Source: Octopus vulgaris (lineage: Eukaryota). From it: a stretch of 64,000 bases of DNA. Both the position numbers and the translations under genes were made by a program. The notes under the pieces were generated by a model, which searched no databases, had not been told where the DNA came from, and was given only the letters and a program-made list of their open reading frames with translations. Of this stretch, positions 60,572 to 64,000 are shown piece after piece. Every line of letters begins with the position of its first letter. Position 1 is the first letter of the stretch. Location: positions 79,546,001 to 79,610,000 of the forward strand of contig OX597830.1 of the NCBI GenBank assembly GCA_951406725.2, read 5' to 3'.

Positions 60572-61479
60572 CTGCAAAACAAGAGATCAAGAATTATATT
60601 CAAATATTGATTTCTTATTCTAAAACTACTGTAGATTTTTGCACAAAATACCTTCTGGTATTTAGTTATATTCCTTCACATTCTGACTTCACACAAAATG
60701 GTTGAATTTCCTTTGTCCATGTAAACTTGATGAAATAGGCACCAGTCATTAACTGGAGGTGATTTAAATATTGATACGTTTCTCATTATAGAAACAAAGA
60801 TATGATGAACTAAATGAAACTCAATTATTAATTTTTCAATGAATCCTTGACAAGACATATAAATCAAAAATACAACCCAAGTAGAATTTGAACTCATAAC
60901 AGAAAGAACCAAAGCCTAAATACAACAATATACTTCATTCAGCCTTTTTCAGCTATAATCATCAGCACCCTGCATTTTTTATTCCATATTGCTAACTTGA
61001 AATGTGTTTTGTTAGAGAGCAAGAGTAAAGTCTTAGATGGAAGTGTGACTTGGTTTCACTTATTGGCTCAAGTCTAGTAATGCTCTGAAATAGAACATGA
61101 CTGTCACTCTTTCCATTTCACAATTCCTCGAGTAACCTTTACATGGTCACTGGACCTTCAGAAAATAGCAATTATATCTCCTCCCTCTCTCCCTACTGTC
61201 TTTGAAAAGGAGAGAACACATTGAAGAAAAAAGTCTGAAAAACCCTTTATAAGTTGGGATGGTCATTGCTGGAATGATTTGCAACATATGTTTGTTCATT
61301 TAAGCTTTGTCAGTACACCCGCCTGTGTTAGAGAGGAGAGGTGGCCCTGAGGAGGAAGGACTCAGACAAGGAGGGTGTAGTCAATAAATTTAGATATTCA
61401 CAGAGAGATTGATGCAAGATACAGATAGTGTATCAGGAATACTCAAACCTGTGTAGTTCTTGAGGGATCTATCTATAAC

Positions 61480-61928
61480 AACGTTTGCCTCATACATCGT
61501 TCCACAGATGGAACGACTCAACACGGCTATTCATGAGAAAAGACCGAATCGGCAGCATGGAGTTCTTCTGCTGCACGACAACACCCGCCCTCATATCGCC
61601 AATATGACCAAGGAAGTCATTCAAACGCATGGCTGGGAAGTACTGCCACACCCGCCATACTCTCCTGATTTGGTACCAACAGATTTCCACGTCTTTTGGA
61701 GTTTCGTTCAATAGTGATGCAGAAATGAGAGCTTGGTTGGATCAATGTTTCGAGTCGAAATCGGGTGATTTCTACCAAGGAGGTATTGAAAATCTTGTTG
61801 AAAGTTGGTAAGAAGTTGCAAATAACAAGGGTGAATACATTATTGATTAATTAGTTGTAATTTTTTATTAAACCTTTTAAAAAATTTAAATTTTAAAAAA
61901 TGGCGGGAACTTACTTGCCAACCCAATA
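61480..61928 (+). mobile_element. Mariner transposon 3' fragment
   Basis: LLLHDNTRPH and VLPHPPYSPDLVPTDFHVF. The right TIR-like GCGGGAACTTACTTGCCAACCCAA is followed by TA. Confidence 0.9.
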
Positions 61929-61929
61929 T

Positions 61930-62570
61930 AAACAACAAAGTGATTGAAATGAAAACTGGCAAAGGATTCAAACAAAGAGACACTATATCACTCAAATTAT
62001 TCACATCTGTATTAGAAAAGGTTTTTCAAAACTTATATTGGTCAGAAATTGAATATAAATGGTTATATGCTAAATCATTTCAAATTCACTGATGATATTG
62101 TATTCGTTTCCAGAAGCATTAAAGTAACAACAGAAATGCTGAGAAATCCTCAGAAGAAAGCAAAAAACGTGGACTCAGAATTAATATTAGTAAAACGAAG
62201 ATCATCTCTAACCATCTAATCACAGCTGAAGTGTAGTAATAGATGATGAAATAGTAAGACATGTGAATCAATAAACTTATGTTGGACAAATACTGATAAA
62301 CATTTTTAAATATTGAACAATTGGGATGAGCGTCCTTTGGTAAATTGAATCACATCGTGAGTAGTAACGTGTCCATGTGTGTAAAAAAAGATCTTCAACT
62401 AGTGTGTGCTACTGGGCTAACCACAAGAACATTGGAAATAAATTTATATCAACACAAAGACCCATGGAAAGGAGAATGCTGAAGGCTAACAATATGGATA
62501 AGTGAACAAACAATAGGATAAGAGCTACAACAGGATTAACGGGTATCATCTGGAAAATAAAAACTCTGAA
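61930..62570 (+). mobile_element. Degenerate RTE LINE RT fragment
   Basis: KGFKQRDTISLKLFTSVLEKVF...LNHFKFTDDIV...GLRINISKTK. Confidence 0.75.
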
Positions 62571-63099
62571 ACGCCTGTTGTACTCTTTCGCTCCAACTTT
62601 CTCTCACTCTTTCTTCCTGTTTCTTGTCCCCGACTTCCTACGCAACCGCTGAGCCTGGATGCACATTCATCCATCCGTCGATGCTCTCGGTGTCGGGAGT
62701 TGACCTGCTTTTTCTTCTGCGGGTCTTACGAATAGCAAAGGACTACGTTTCGGACTTCTCCCACTACAGGACGAAGACCGCTTCGCTCAACAAACAAACA
62801 AAGAAACAGCAGCAGCACAAGCGGCAGAAACAACAATAATAGTAACTATATCAACAACAACAACATCAGCAGCATGAACAAGATTGATAATAACAACAGT
62901 AACATAAACAACCACATTGAAAACAACAGCAATAACAAAAAGACCAATACATCTGCCAATGGCAACTGTGTAAAAAAACAACAGCAACAACAATAACATA
63001 AGGTCTCACAACAACGCTTTATCTTTTTTGGGAGCAGTAATCTAGTGGACCGTCCATTCGGTTGAAGATTTGAAAAATAAAGCACAGCAATAACAAAGT

Positions 63100-63700
63100 G
63101 ACATTTCGCAACCAGTGAGGATGAAAAAGAAAACCTACCGAGCGACAAAGAATTGTCTGCCAATATGTTTCTCGCAAAGAGAGGAAACTTAAATTTCCTA
63201 CTCCAGAGAGACCGAAAGACGCCTGCAAGAACTGTGCCTCCACCCCCAATACTACACATATGCAACAGTATGCACTACGGGACGTTAGCTGTTATATGTA
63301 GCACTGAGCAAGAAGCCAGAAAAATGGTTACTATAGCCTGCACGTTCCAAGCTTTTGTGATGATTCCTGTTACATGAATAAATGGTTGACTCGTATTCGA
63401 GTCAAGAACCGATTCACCGTGATCCGGCGAGAGATTTAGGAGGAGCATGGGGAGATGGTGAAGGTGAAGTGCACCTTACAACTCAATAGATATGGAAATC
63501 TGATGCAATTCCAGATATTAGTTTCTTCATAGGAAATAAATCTTACTCATGATTTTTCTGTGCCGGGAAATGCGAACAGATGCCCGTTTATATAGAAGCG
63601 AAAGAAATGAAGTGTTCTAGGTGTGTGTATACGAACCACCTCAAAGCCTTTTGCCCCGTAGAGGAATAAGCACGAATATCTCCGCTGTTATTACCAACTC
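63100..63700 (+). mobile_element. Degenerate gag-like ORF1 (Tx1/L1-type) with CCHC zinc knuckle
   Basis: 63613-63654 encodes CSRCVYTNHLKAFC (CX2CX4HX4C). The upstream frames are interrupted. The clade assignment is tentative. Confidence 0.55.
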
Positions 63701-64000
63701 TTCAAGGTATGAACAAAGCTATTATCTCACATATGACTCCTTCGTCCTACTAAGTCCTCTTAAAAGCAAAGACTTCATTGACATCGCACCAAAAAGTCTT
63801 TGTCGTAGATAAGAGAAAAAAAAACTGAATCTGAAGCAAACGGAGACCAGTCCAAATTGAAGGCCCTAAGACATGACTGTAAACAACAAAATCCGTCACA
63901 ACACTGATTAAAAAACAAATCAACGCCAACATCAACACCTTCATCACAAGGAAACCAATTTTTAAAACACGTTCACAACCGCAAAAAAAACACGAAAACA

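Noticed and set aside
62575-62790. GC-richer island that looks like a repeat fragment
   Set aside because: There is no second copy or motif in the window to assign it, so it is left uncalled.

Overview
AT-rich, repeat-dense animal genomic DNA, most likely octopus judging from the SINE/LINE families (recognised by eye, not by search). One spliced host gene crosses the window on the minus strand. It has eight GT-AG exons between 60571 and 6258 and encodes TRPM-channel N-terminal (MHR/SLOG) sequence. After the first MHR1-3 block the exon chain restarts, in compatible phase, with a second TRPM N-terminus (WIPENIK...DAFGEV), which suggests a tandem-MHR TRPM. The introns contain RTE, R4/Dong-like, Penelope-like, Tc1/mariner and Tx1/L1-like fragments and SINEs. 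The 29.6-kb intron holds a ~24-kb nest of CR1/L2-group LINE copies separated by (TA)n tracts. One copy is near full length, with a Myb-like plus CCCH ORF1 and a 5' monomer array. The nest also contains a ~3.8-kb palindrome of a non-coding element whose arms, plus a third copy, carry type I hammerhead ribozyme motifs. Almost all ORFs in the supplied track are microsatellite or antisense artefacts. Repeat boundaries are approximate.
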